Positions 47,562 through 55,926 of a DNA stretch of 64,000 bases are shown one piece after another. The notes beneath the pieces were generated by a model. It worked only from the letters and a program-made list of their open reading frames with translations, did not search any database and was not told where the DNA came from. Made by a program: the position numbers and the translations under genes. The stretch is taken from NCBI GenBank assembly GCA_965140585.1, contig OZ223272.1, forward strand, positions 96,001 to 160,000, in the 5' to 3' direction. Position 1 is the stretch's first letter, and the number at the start of each line of letters is the position of its first letter. The stretch is from Spirochaetia bacterium (GTDB taxonomy: Bacteria; Spirochaetota; Spirochaetia; UBA9216).

Positions 47562-48304
47562 TTTTATCCTCATTTTTCTTCCTTTGGGAAACAGCGGCAG
47601 TACTGGCAGATACGCCCTTGCTGCCGCGATTCTCTGACAGCATCTACAATATTCCATTCAGCCCCGGACTTATCAAGCACATGCTTTACAGTCTCTGCAG
47701 AATAGCCGCCGGCAGCCTGATAGCAGCACTGATTGGGATACCTGCAGGTATTGCTGCCGGTATCCGCGGCCGCAGGCTTAGCAGACCTTCAGGAAAAGGC
47801 TTCATAAGCATTGCCTCCTACCTGCTCTACCCCCTTCCCAAAACGGCCCTGATTCCGATATTCGTACTGGCCTTCGGGATAGGAGAGTTTTCAAAAGTAC
47901 TTCTTATCACCTTTTCGCTTGTCTTCCAGATTATCATCAGCGTCAGGGACAGCACCGCCGGGATTGATGAAAGCTACTATAAATCCCTGCAGGCTTCCGG
48001 AGGTGGTAAAACGGATGAGTTGAGGTATCTGATCATGCCGGCAGTGCTTCCGGGGCTGTTTTCAACATTACGGATTTCAGCAGGAATCTCAGTGGCAGTA
48101 CTTTTTTTCTCTGAATATTTCGGAACAACCTATGGTATGGGCTTCTATATAATGGACTCACGGGTACGGATGAATTACACGGATCTATACAGCGGTATCC
48201 TGGTACTAACTTTTATTAGCGGAGTAATTTTTGGAACAATCAGGCTGGCAGAGGGACTGATGTGCAGATGGAATACTCGAAAGGACTCAGGCCTTCCACT
48301 TTAA
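47486..48304 (+). CDS. NitT/TauT ABC permease (start uncertain)
   Basis: SLCRI, LYPLPKTALIP, FGIGE, PAVLP.LFSTLRI, FFSE, GMGFYI. Confidence 0.8.
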   Translation: MAELKTAYQKRILIRGAGRYILPALILSSFFFLWETAAVLADTPLLPRFSDSIYNIPFSPGLIKHMLYSLCRIAAGSLIAALIGIPAGIAAGIRGRRLSRPSGKGFISIASYLLYPLPKTALIPIFVLAFGIGEFSKVLLITFSLVFQIIISVRDSTAGIDESYYKSLQASGGGKTDELRYLIMPAVLPGLFSTLRISAGISVAVLFFSEYFGTTYGMGFYIMDSRVRMNYTDLYSGILVLTFISGVIFGTIRLAEGLMCRWNTRKDSGLPL

Positions 48305-48910
48305 TAGCCGTTTTTCAGCTAAATCAATAATTATAAAAAGTGCCAATCCCGATACGGCAGACAGCAAAATCGCCAGAGCCATCGCCCTATAATCGAGCCT
48401 GGACCAGCTTTCAATTACCAGTCTGCCGAGTCCGTAGCCTCTGGTGATAGAAGCTTCTGTAAAAAAAAGCACCGCAAAAGCAGCCCCTACTCCGATCCTC
48501 AACGAGGTGAATATTGACGGCAGAGCTGCCGGCAGATAAAGGAATATGAATCTCTGAAAACGACCGGCACCGGCTGAATCAATGGAAACCCTGTATTCAT
48601 ACGGAAGCCCTCGAATGCTGTCAATTACAGTAATTAGGGTCTGAAAAAAAACAACAAGGGCTGCAGTCATTATTCTGGCAGCATCATTAAGTCCGAAAAC
48701 AAGCAGTGCAAGCGGGAAAAGCGCTATTTTTGGGATGGAGTACAGAAACATGATAAGCGGTGAAAACAGTCTACATAGAAAAGGTTTTGTTCCGGTAAAC
48801 ACCGCTGCCGGAACTGCTGCTGCAACTGCAATTAACAAAGAAACTAATATTCTTCCCAGAGAGAAGGCCACAGCTGAGACAATTTCAGAAAAAGCAGGAA
48901 GATCACCCAT
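48287..48910 (-). CDS. NitT/TauT ABC permease
   Basis: SLGRI, LYSIPKIALFP, PAALPSIFTSLRIG, LFFTE, GLG. Confidence 0.85.
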   Translation of the reverse strand: MGDLPAFSEIVSAVAFSLGRILVSLLIAVAAAVPAAVFTGTKPFLCRLFSPLIMFLYSIPKIALFPLALLVFGLNDAARIMTAALVVFFQTLITVIDSIRGLPYEYRVSIDSAGAGRFQRFIFLYLPAALPSIFTSLRIGVGAAFAVLFFTEASITRGYGLGRLVIESWSRLDYRAMALAILLSAVSGLALFIIIDLAEKRLLKWKA

Positions 48911-49652
48911 ACTTCAGCCTTTTTCTGAGCTCCTTCACAGTCGAAAAGTACTGATCATCAAGGCGGACATCAGGCCTGCCCCATGAAGGATTGGGCAGCT
49001 CGTCAAAGACTGCACCATTATCAGTTTTTTTCATAATCATCAGACGGGAGCCCATGTAAACGGCTTCCTCGACACTGTGCGTCACCATTATCATCATCAG
49101 CTTATGCTGCATGATTACATCCTTCACCATATCCTGCAGATGCTCCCTGCTTATAGCGTCGAGAGCCGAAAATGGCTCATCCATCAGAAGAACCTCCGGT
49201 TTGGCTACTATTGCTCTTGCGATTGCCACCCGCTGCTGTTCGCCGCCGCTGAGGTTCGACGGATACTCCTTTTCCTTTAGTTCAAGCCCGAGCTCCCTAA
49301 GTATATCCATAACCCGGCCCCGGGAATCGGCAGATGCAGCCCTGCCTCTGAAACCGCCTTTTATTCTGAGACTCAGAGACGCATTTTCAAAAACAGTCAT
49401 CCATGGAAAAAGTCCGTAATTCTGAAGTATAAGCCCAACCCTGGAATCCCCGCGCTGAAGCGGCATTCCATCCAGTCTTACACTGCCGACAGAGGGACTG
49501 AGCAATCCCGAGGCTGTCAGGACCAGAGTAGACTTCCCGCAGCCGGAAGCTCCCACTATGCTAACCGAATCTCCCGGAACAAAGGAATATGAGAGGTCAT
49601 CAAAAATAATATTGTCACCATATGCAGCTCTGCAGCCGCTTATTTCAAGCAT
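48903..49652 (-). CDS. NitT/TauT ABC ATP-binding protein
   Basis: GASGCGKST, LFPW.TV..N, LSGGEQQR, LMDEPFSALD, VTHSVEEA. Confidence 0.92.
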   Translation of the reverse strand: MLEISGCRAAYGDNIIFDDLSYSFVPGDSVSIVGASGCGKSTLVLTASGLLSPSVGSVRLDGMPLQRGDSRVGLILQNYGLFPWMTVFENASLSLRIKGGFRGRAASADSRGRVMDILRELGLELKEKEYPSNLSGGEQQRVAIARAIVAKPEVLLMDEPFSALDAISREHLQDMVKDVIMQHKLMMIMVTHSVEEAVYMGSRLMIMKKTDNGAVFDELPNPSWGRPDVRLDDQYFSTVKELRKRLKYG

Positions 49653-49737
49653 TTTCCACCCGAATTTAAAAGTTTTTTCGATAAATTATTACCTAAAAGC
49701 TTACCTTTTTCAATATTTATTATATAGTATACCGCAC

Positions 49738-50115
49738 ATGTTTAAAGGCCAATTGAAACCATTTGACTATATTATTGCCGCGGTTTCTGTTCTTGCTATC
49801 GTACTTCTTTCGATTATGATCTACACGGACAACTCCTCGGCAGCCAGACTCATTATTGACAGTGATGAAGGTCAGTATATCTACCCCCTTGATAGGGATG
49901 CGGAATTTGATATTGAAGGACCGATCGGGCATTCGCACATTGTGATAAAAGACGGTAAAGCCAGTATTTCAGACTCGCCGTGTGAAGATAAGCTCTGTGT
50001 ACTCATGGGTGATATTTCCAAGCCGGGACACTGGGCAGCATGCCTGCCCAACAGAATATTCATTTCGATTGAAGGAGGTTCTCAGGATGAAGAAATCGAC
50101 GATCTCAGTTACTGA
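49738..50115 (+). CDS. NusG domain II-containing membrane-anchored protein
   Basis: One N-terminal TM segment; GPIG, SPCEDKLC..MG.I, ACLPNRI. Confidence 0.85.
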   Translation: MFKGQLKPFDYIIAAVSVLAIVLLSIMIYTDNSSAARLIIDSDEGQYIYPLDRDAEFDIEGPIGHSHIVIKDGKASISDSPCEDKLCVLMGDISKPGHWAACLPNRIFISIEGGSQDEEIDDLSY

Positions 50116-51232
50116 TACTGCCATCCTTGCAGCCTTCTGCATGTTTCTCTCTGTTATTGAATACTTGATCCCCAAACCAATGCCCTTCATGCGGCTTGGA
50201 CTTGCAAATCTGCCGATTCTGATTTCACTTGGAGTTTTCCCGGTTTCGGGAGTTTTTCTTCTGGCCCTGCTGAAGATTCTCGGGCAGGGACTGATAAACG
50301 GGACACTTTTTTCATATATCTTTCTGTTCTCAGCAGCCGGAACATTTGCCAGCACAGCAGTCATGCTTATAGTTTTCTATGTACTGAAAAAGCGGGTTTC
50401 CTATGTAGGTATAAGCATTGCAGGGGCAATGGCTTCAAATGCAGTACAGCTGCTGTTTGCACGGGCCGTCATTTTCGGACAGGCTGCTGTACTTATTGCG
50501 CCGCCCTTTCTTGCGGTGGGCCTTGCTACATCGATACTGCTTGGACTGTTCACAGCCAGGTTTACAGCTGTATCGGAGTGGTATGCCGGTTTTTCTGCCG
50601 GAAGCCTGAAAGCAGCTGATATTGAAATATCTGTTAATAAATCACATTATCCGAAGTTCAAATTCATCTGCGGGCTTATAATGATCCCGGCTTTTGTTTT
50701 TCAGCCGAATCTGCTGCTGATCACTTTCGAGGCTGTATTATTCATGATTCTTTCAGGTATATCTGGAAAAAGGATACGTCTTCTGCCGAATATTATCATG
50801 CTGGCAGGTATTACTGCGGCAAACCTTATAACGCCTATCGGTTATGTACTGGCCGAAATAGGTCCTGTAAAAATCACAGCGGGAGCACTGGCATCGGGGC
50901 TGCAGAAATCCTTCATGCTGATCGGACTCATATACATCTCACGGTACTCAATCAGGCAGGGGCTGAGCTTTCCCGGACGGATAGGCAGCCTTGTCTCTCT
51001 TGTATTCTACTATTTTGAACGGATTACCGAGGGCGAAAGGCTTGGAAAGGAAGGTCTTTTCTCAAAACTTGATCAGAAGATCCTGGCACTCTACAGCGCC
51101 GGAAACAAGACTGGAGCCTCAGATACAAAAAAACCGGGAGCAAAAGCCCCCGGATATATATTTTCAATTATTCTGATACTGATTATATGGTTCCTGCTGT
51201 TTGCAGGTGTAATCATCAATAGCGGTATCTGA
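50087..51232 (+). CDS. Gx transporter family protein (heptaprenyl diphosphate synthase component I-like) with an extra C-terminal membrane domain
   Basis: EYLIPKPMPFMRLGLAN, GTLFS, GISIAGAMASNAVQ; ~190-aa hydrophobic extension. Confidence 0.82.
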   Translation: MKKSTISVTDTAILAAFCMFLSVIEYLIPKPMPFMRLGLANLPILISLGVFPVSGVFLLALLKILGQGLINGTLFSYIFLFSAAGTFASTAVMLIVFYVLKKRVSYVGISIAGAMASNAVQLLFARAVIFGQAAVLIAPPFLAVGLATSILLGLFTARFTAVSEWYAGFSAGSLKAADIEISVNKSHYPKFKFICGLIMIPAFVFQPNLLLITFEAVLFMILSGISGKRIRLLPNIIMLAGITAANLITPIGYVLAEIGPVKITAGALASGLQKSFMLIGLIYISRYSIRQGLSFPGRIGSLVSLVFYYFERITEGERLGKEGLFSKLDQKILALYSAGNKTGASDTKKPGAKAPGYIFSIILILIIWFLLFAGVIINSGI

Positions 51233-51842
51233 ATCCGCCTCCGCCCATAAAGCCGCCGCTTACCGGAATCACAGAGTCAAATTCCCATGCTCCGCCGTAA
51301 CCGATTTCAACAGGAATTGAAAAGTGATCAAAAAGTACCACCTCAAAACCCACGCCAACGGCAAGAGCCGCACCGGGCATAAATGTCGGAGAGGATTCCC
51401 CGCTGTACTTGTATGCAGTAAATGTTTCAGTACTGTTGGCAGGGTCTTCCACAAAGGATATTTCTGCACCAACTGTTCCTATATGAGTCAGGTTTCCGAA
51501 AAGATAAAGCGCTCCGGCAAGCCAGTCGTCATATGAATCTTCATAAAGCATGTAGAACACTTCAGCACCGAGATTATATGTCAGTATATCTGCAGTAGTT
51601 GAAGAGCCGTCATCTGAATATGCATTATCAGCATATCCGTCATAATACATAAATCCGCCTGTAATCTGGTAGCCTAGGCGTCCATTCCAGTCCTGAAAGC
51701 TTATCCCCATCATTCCAATAGAATTTGCGTAAAACCCCAGTGACTGATCGTATTTATCAAACACATTTTCTTCTTCAGCGAACACAAAGACTCCGCTTAT
51801 CAGCAGCAGAACAAGAAGTAAGGCCAATTTTTTAACTTTCAT
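51216..51842 (-). CDS. Hypothetical exported protein, probable small outer-membrane beta-barrel
   Basis: Signal peptide, alternating aromatic/Gly strands, C-terminal FRYRY. Confidence 0.6.
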   Translation of the reverse strand: MKVKKLALLLVLLLISGVFVFAEEENVFDKYDQSLGFYANSIGMMGISFQDWNGRLGYQITGGFMYYDGYADNAYSDDGSSTTADILTYNLGAEVFYMLYEDSYDDWLAGALYLFGNLTHIGTVGAEISFVEDPANSTETFTAYKYSGESSPTFMPGAALAVGVGFEVVLFDHFSIPVEIGYGGAWEFDSVIPVSGGFMGGGGFRYRY

Positions 51843-51877
51843 CTCTGTCTTTCTCCATATTTTTTATACTAAGTGTC

Positions 51878-52222
51878 TTACGGCGCCAGCTCATCGGGGC
51901 GCCGCTCCGGAATACTGCCCGGTTCAGCTCCGCTTTTTATAAAATCTTCAGACATGTAAAGTGCGCAGTAACAGTGCCCGTACTCTTTAATATCGTCGGC
52001 ACAATACGAACATGGGCAGATTACATCCCTGTCTTTTTCTCTCTCACCCCAGGCCTCTCGGCAGGGGCACTGAAAATATCCGTAACGGTTATAATTAACC
52101 AGCAGCCCCTCTGCAATAGACAGGTGAAAATCCTCTTCAGGATTCACTGCCCAGCCGTGCATGGAGGCAGCATTACGGGTAAACTTAACAACATCATCGA
52201 GATTCATTTCCTTTTTAGCCAT
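51878..52222 (-). CDS. Ferredoxin:thioredoxin reductase catalytic subunit
   Basis: CPCR, CPC, GHCYCALY. Confidence 0.9.
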   Translation of the reverse strand: MAKKEMNLDDVVKFTRNAASMHGWAVNPEEDFHLSIAEGLLVNYNRYGYFQCPCREAWGEREKDRDVICPCSYCADDIKEYGHCYCALYMSEDFIKSGAEPGSIPERRPDELAP

Positions 52223-52521
52223 CAGGCGCCCAGCTCCTTTTCCCAGTCGGCCTGTTTGAAACCCGAAATGTAATGATCATCGTTAACTATAAGAAAAGGA
52301 TAGAGAATATCAGGTGTAAATCTCTTTTTAATCTCATTCTTAATCTTCATTCTCTCATCCCTGTCCAGTTTATCCACATCCACAAAATGATAGGCATAAT
52401 TCCCTTCATTCAGAAAAGTCTTCGCCTTTCTGCAGAATCCGCATGTTGAGAGCCCCAGGAAAACAAGCTCCTTATCATTCTTCTCACCTTCAACTCTTGT
52501 AAAATCATTCAAATCCATCAT
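52222..52521 (-). CDS. Glutaredoxin-like protein
   Basis: LSTCGFC, YP, GFK; stop overlaps the FTR start. Confidence 0.88.
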   Translation of the reverse strand: MMDLNDFTRVEGEKNDKELVFLGLSTCGFCRKAKTFLNEGNYAYHFVDVDKLDRDERMKIKNEIKKRFTPDILYPFLIVNDDHYISGFKQADWEKELGA

Positions 52522-52619
52522 TGATGTAATATACCTCTCTTTATTATTATTTCAAAACCGCTGAAGCATTTTTATGGATATCCCATTAAGCATATCATGC
52601 TATCCACCCAAAAAATACT

Positions 52620-54095
52620 TTAGTTTACATTATCTGAAATAATATTCAGAGTATCAAGGCTCGAATCTGCCGGACCGTGAAAGTGTCTTTTTCCAGCCTT
52701 AAGCTGCTTTATAAACTCAAAGATCTCATCTGTCATCACCTCACCCGGATAAATCACAGGAATTCCCGGCGGATAGGGAGCTATCATCTCTCCCAAAACA
52801 GCACCCCTCGCCTGCTCAAATGAAACCTGCTTTTTCGGAGAAAACCAGGCCTTTCGCGGAGTAAGAACTGCTTCCGGGATTTCGGGCACAACAGTCTTTT
52901 CTGCACTGCCCTTCTGCCTTTTTATCTGCGGATCAGATGCAATATTTTTTAATGCACCTACAAAAACCTCAGCCTCCTTCCTGCTGCTATAAGGGCTCAC
53001 TATGGCCAGAATATTTGCATCATCAGCGTATTCAACATCTATCCGGTAATCATCCCAGAGGATTCTGCGCATATCATATCCGTTTATTCCGGAAGCAGCT
53101 GTATTGATGATTACCCTGCATGGATCCATAGCAGTAATCCCCCTGCTGCCTGTCATCTCCATAGATATAAACTTGAACACACCAGAGCTTTTAATCTGTT
53201 CCTTAATAAATTCAGAATTTTCACAGGCAAAATCCCAATCCGCTTCGCCTGAATGCTGCAGCTGCCAACGGGCGGCATCGATACTGATCATAAGAGGGTA
53301 CGATGGGCTTGTGCTCTGAGTCATTCGAAGAGCTGAGTTCAGCCGTTCATATGATAGATTGGAATTTTCTGCAAGATGAAGTATAGAAGCCTGAGTCATG
53401 GCTCCCGCAGTCTTGTGAATGCTCTGGACACATGCGTCTGAGCCTAGCTCAAGGGCTCCGGCGGGCATTCTGCTGCTGAAGTAATAATGAACCCCGTGAG
53501 CCTCATCTACAAGCACAGGAATGCCTTTTTTATGGACAATATCTGTAATACCCTTTAAATCACTGCAGAAGCCGTGGTAGGTGGGACTTAGGGCAAATAC
53601 GGCCTTAGAGTCAGGATTGGCATCAAGTGCGGTCTTTACCGTCTGCGGAAGCATTCCGCAGTAGAGACTGAACTCTGCATCATATTCAGGCTTCACATAT
53701 ACCGGCTCAGCTCCGGAGAATATCAGCCCGTACATCACAGATTTATGAGAGTTTCGGGGGATGATGATTTTCTCACCTTCACCGGCGGCAGCCATAATCA
53801 TCGATTCGTTTCCGCAGCTTGAACCGTTAATCAGAAAAAAACTGTGTCCGGCTCTGAAGGCTTCCGCGGCAAGTCTCTGAGCTTCCGCTATAGCAGCTTC
53901 AGGACTGTGCAGGTCATCTGTCAGCGGGGTTTCTGTAAGGTCAAGCCTGAAAAACCCTGCTTCTGCAGCCCTGCTGAAGGGTTCAGGGATACCTCTTTCC
54001 GCCCGGTGCCCGGGAATACGGAAACTTGCCTTAACTTCACTGGAATATCTGTCTGCAGCCCGGAGGACCGGAATATCTTTATAATCATCAGCCAT
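52620..54095 (-). CDS. Orn/Lys/Arg decarboxylase (PLP-dependent, fold type I)
   Basis: PGH, NGSS, RNSHKS, VDEAHG, QSIHKT (PLP lysine), STSPSY, PYPPGIP. Confidence 0.9.
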   Translation of the reverse strand: MADDYKDIPVLRAADRYSSEVKASFRIPGHRAERGIPEPFSRAAEAGFFRLDLTETPLTDDLHSPEAAIAEAQRLAAEAFRAGHSFFLINGSSCGNESMIMAAAGEGEKIIIPRNSHKSVMYGLIFSGAEPVYVKPEYDAEFSLYCGMLPQTVKTALDANPDSKAVFALSPTYHGFCSDLKGITDIVHKKGIPVLVDEAHGVHYYFSSRMPAGALELGSDACVQSIHKTAGAMTQASILHLAENSNLSYERLNSALRMTQSTSPSYPLMISIDAARWQLQHSGEADWDFACENSEFIKEQIKSSGVFKFISMEMTGSRGITAMDPCRVIINTAASGINGYDMRRILWDDYRIDVEYADDANILAIVSPYSSRKEAEVFVGALKNIASDPQIKRQKGSAEKTVVPEIPEAVLTPRKAWFSPKKQVSFEQARGAVLGEMIAPYPPGIPVIYPGEVMTDEIFEFIKQLKAGKRHFHGPADSSLDTLNIISDNVN

Positions 54096-54163
54096 ATTGT
54101 CACCTCAGGCGTATTCTGCATTTTATTGGATGTTTTGTACATTATTGCATCAGGCATGCTTAT

Positions 54164-54319
54164 AAAAAAGAGACCGGCGGAAGAACAAAACTTGCTCATC
54201 CGCCGGTATATTTAGAAGGAGAATTAATGAAACCCGGGCGCCCCGTTAAGGAGAAAACTGTATGGAGGGGGACGGGCCGCCCGAAAAAACTATATAAAAC
54301 ACTGTCCTTGTGTGTTTTC
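54164..54319 (-). ncRNA. Candidate degP 3'UTR-derived sRNA with two anti-RBS seeds and an intrinsic terminator
   Basis: Minus strand: stem CGGGCGGCCCGT/ACGGGGCGCCCG enclosing CCCCCUCCAUACAGUUUUCUCCUU; linker UUUCAUUAAUUCUCCUUCU; terminator ACCGGCGGA/UCCGCCGGU + U-tract. Confidence 0.5.
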
Positions 54320-55783
54320 CTAATCCTTGACTATCCCGATGATAGCCTCTCTGTTACCGCGGTAAACTCTCAGCATTACTTCAGAATCTTCAGAATCATT
54401 CATTTTGCTGTAGAACTCGCCAAGGTCCTTAATCCGGTCATTGTCAACTCGGAGTATAATATCCCCTGTCCTGAGTCCGGCTGTTTCTGCAGGGCTTCCC
54501 TTTGTAACATTGGCAACAACGACGCTTCCCTTTTTGGTATCAAGATTCAGTGACTGTCTGACTTCATCTGTTGCTTCAACTACTGTCAGTCCGGGCCACA
54601 CATTTATGCTTCCATCATCCGCAATGTTCTTCTCATCATCACGTCTGCCGATCTTAAGACTGACATTCTGTTTCTTGCCGTCCCTGTAAAGTTCGAAAGT
54701 AGTCCATCTGTCGGGTTCAAGGTTTCCGATAATCTTTACAAGGTCGTTCCTGTTGCTTACTTCTCTGTTGTTTACCTTTGTTATAAAATCGCCTGGAAGA
54801 AGACCGCCATCCTCAGCAGGGGAATTAATAAATACATCATTTATGAAGGCTCCGTCTATTCCTTTGAGGTCAAGACTGTTCTTGCTGTCGTCGCTAATAT
54901 CTCTTACATTTACACCGAGCCATCCGTAGGTCACGCTGCCTGATTCAATGAAATCATTGATAGCCTTCTTGGCGTTATTGATAGGTATTGCGAATCCAAG
55001 CCCCTGGCTTCCGCCGGACTGGGTAGCAATCCATGAATTGACGCCGATAACCTCACCTTTCAGGTTTACAAGCGCTCCGCCGCTGTTGCCCGGGTTGATA
55101 GCTGCATCAGTCTGGATATAGTCTGTAAAGCTTCCGCCCTGAATTATCTCATCAGACTCCCGGCCTACAGCGCTGACGATGCCCGCGGTAAATGTAGATT
55201 CAAAACCCATGGGATTTCCGACCGCAAACACCCAGTCACCTACATAGAGTTCATCTGAATCTCCGAGGACTGCGACAGGAAGGTCTTCCCTGGTTTCAAT
55301 TTTAATAAGAGCAAGGTCCCGTCTCGGATCACTTCCGACAAGTTCCGCGTCGTATTCACGGCCGTCATATAGAGTGACCTGAATCTCATCCGCACCGTTG
55401 ACAACATGGTGATTTGTAAGAATATATCCCTTGCTGCCGTCATGCCGTACAATTACACCGGACCCCAGGCCCTGCTGTCTGTATTCACGTGGCTGAATGT
55501 TCTGATTGTTCTGGTCCTGATTACCGAAGAAAAAATTAAAGGCATCAGGAAGAGCCTGAGTCTTAACGACATTTACAACATTCACTTCCACGACTACCGG
55601 CAGAGTCTCACTCGCAACGTCTCTGAAACTCTGCTGATAGGCCGCAGCCACATCATAACTGGAAGTTGAACTGCTGCCGACCGAGCCGGTTCTCTGTGCA
55701 AAGACTGTTCCAGCAGAAACCAGACTTATAAGTATCACTGCTGAAACAATAAAAAGTTTTTTGTTTCCTTTTCTGTTTTCCAT
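54320..55783 (-). CDS. degP: DegP/HtrA serine protease with two PDZ domains
   Basis: GLGSGVI, TNHHVV, DLALIKI, IQTDAAINPGNSGGAL, GWLGV, two PDZ repeats (SPA..GL..GD); start MENRK from AGGAG RBS. Confidence 0.93.
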   Translation of the reverse strand: MENRKGNKKLFIVSAVILISLVSAGTVFAQRTGSVGSSSTSSYDVAAAYQQSFRDVASETLPVVVEVNVVNVVKTQALPDAFNFFFGNQDQNNQNIQPREYRQQGLGSGVIVRHDGSKGYILTNHHVVNGADEIQVTLYDGREYDAELVGSDPRRDLALIKIETREDLPVAVLGDSDELYVGDWVFAVGNPMGFESTFTAGIVSAVGRESDEIIQGGSFTDYIQTDAAINPGNSGGALVNLKGEVIGVNSWIATQSGGSQGLGFAIPINNAKKAINDFIESGSVTYGWLGVNVRDISDDSKNSLDLKGIDGAFINDVFINSPAEDGGLLPGDFITKVNNREVSNRNDLVKIIGNLEPDRWTTFELYRDGKKQNVSLKIGRRDDEKNIADDGSINVWPGLTVVEATDEVRQSLNLDTKKGSVVVANVTKGSPAETAGLRTGDIILRVDNDRIKDLGEFYSKMNDSEDSEVMLRVYRGNREAIIGIVKD

Positions 55784-55878
55784 TTTTCGCTCCTGTTTAT
55801 TGGCTGACATTTCAGAAGTTCGCTGCTTCAACATCAACCTGCAGTGTTAATTTCTGATGATAAGTTATAACAGTAACC

Positions 55879-55915
55879 TTACACCAGCATTGCAGAAACA
55901 TTACAATTTAGTAAT
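55879..55915. promoter_or_regulatory. OmpR-family response-regulator boxes in the degP/MFS divergent region
   Basis: TTACA, TTGCA, TTACA at 11-bp period, plus the palindrome ATTACAATTTAGTAAT. Confidence 0.5.
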
Positions 55916-55926
55916 AATCAGGGAAT

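Noticed and set aside
49558-50086. Long starts for NusG-II (49558) and the Gx transporter (49982)
   Set aside because: They overlap neighbouring genes; better starts are 49738 (-10 box 7 nt upstream) and 50087 (AAGGAGG RBS).
54227-54553. 108-aa plus-strand ORF with a perfect RBS
   Set aside because: Mostly antisense to degP, runs through a GC hairpin, and has no protein-like features; the RBS-like text is better explained as anti-SD seeds on the minus strand, though not excluded.
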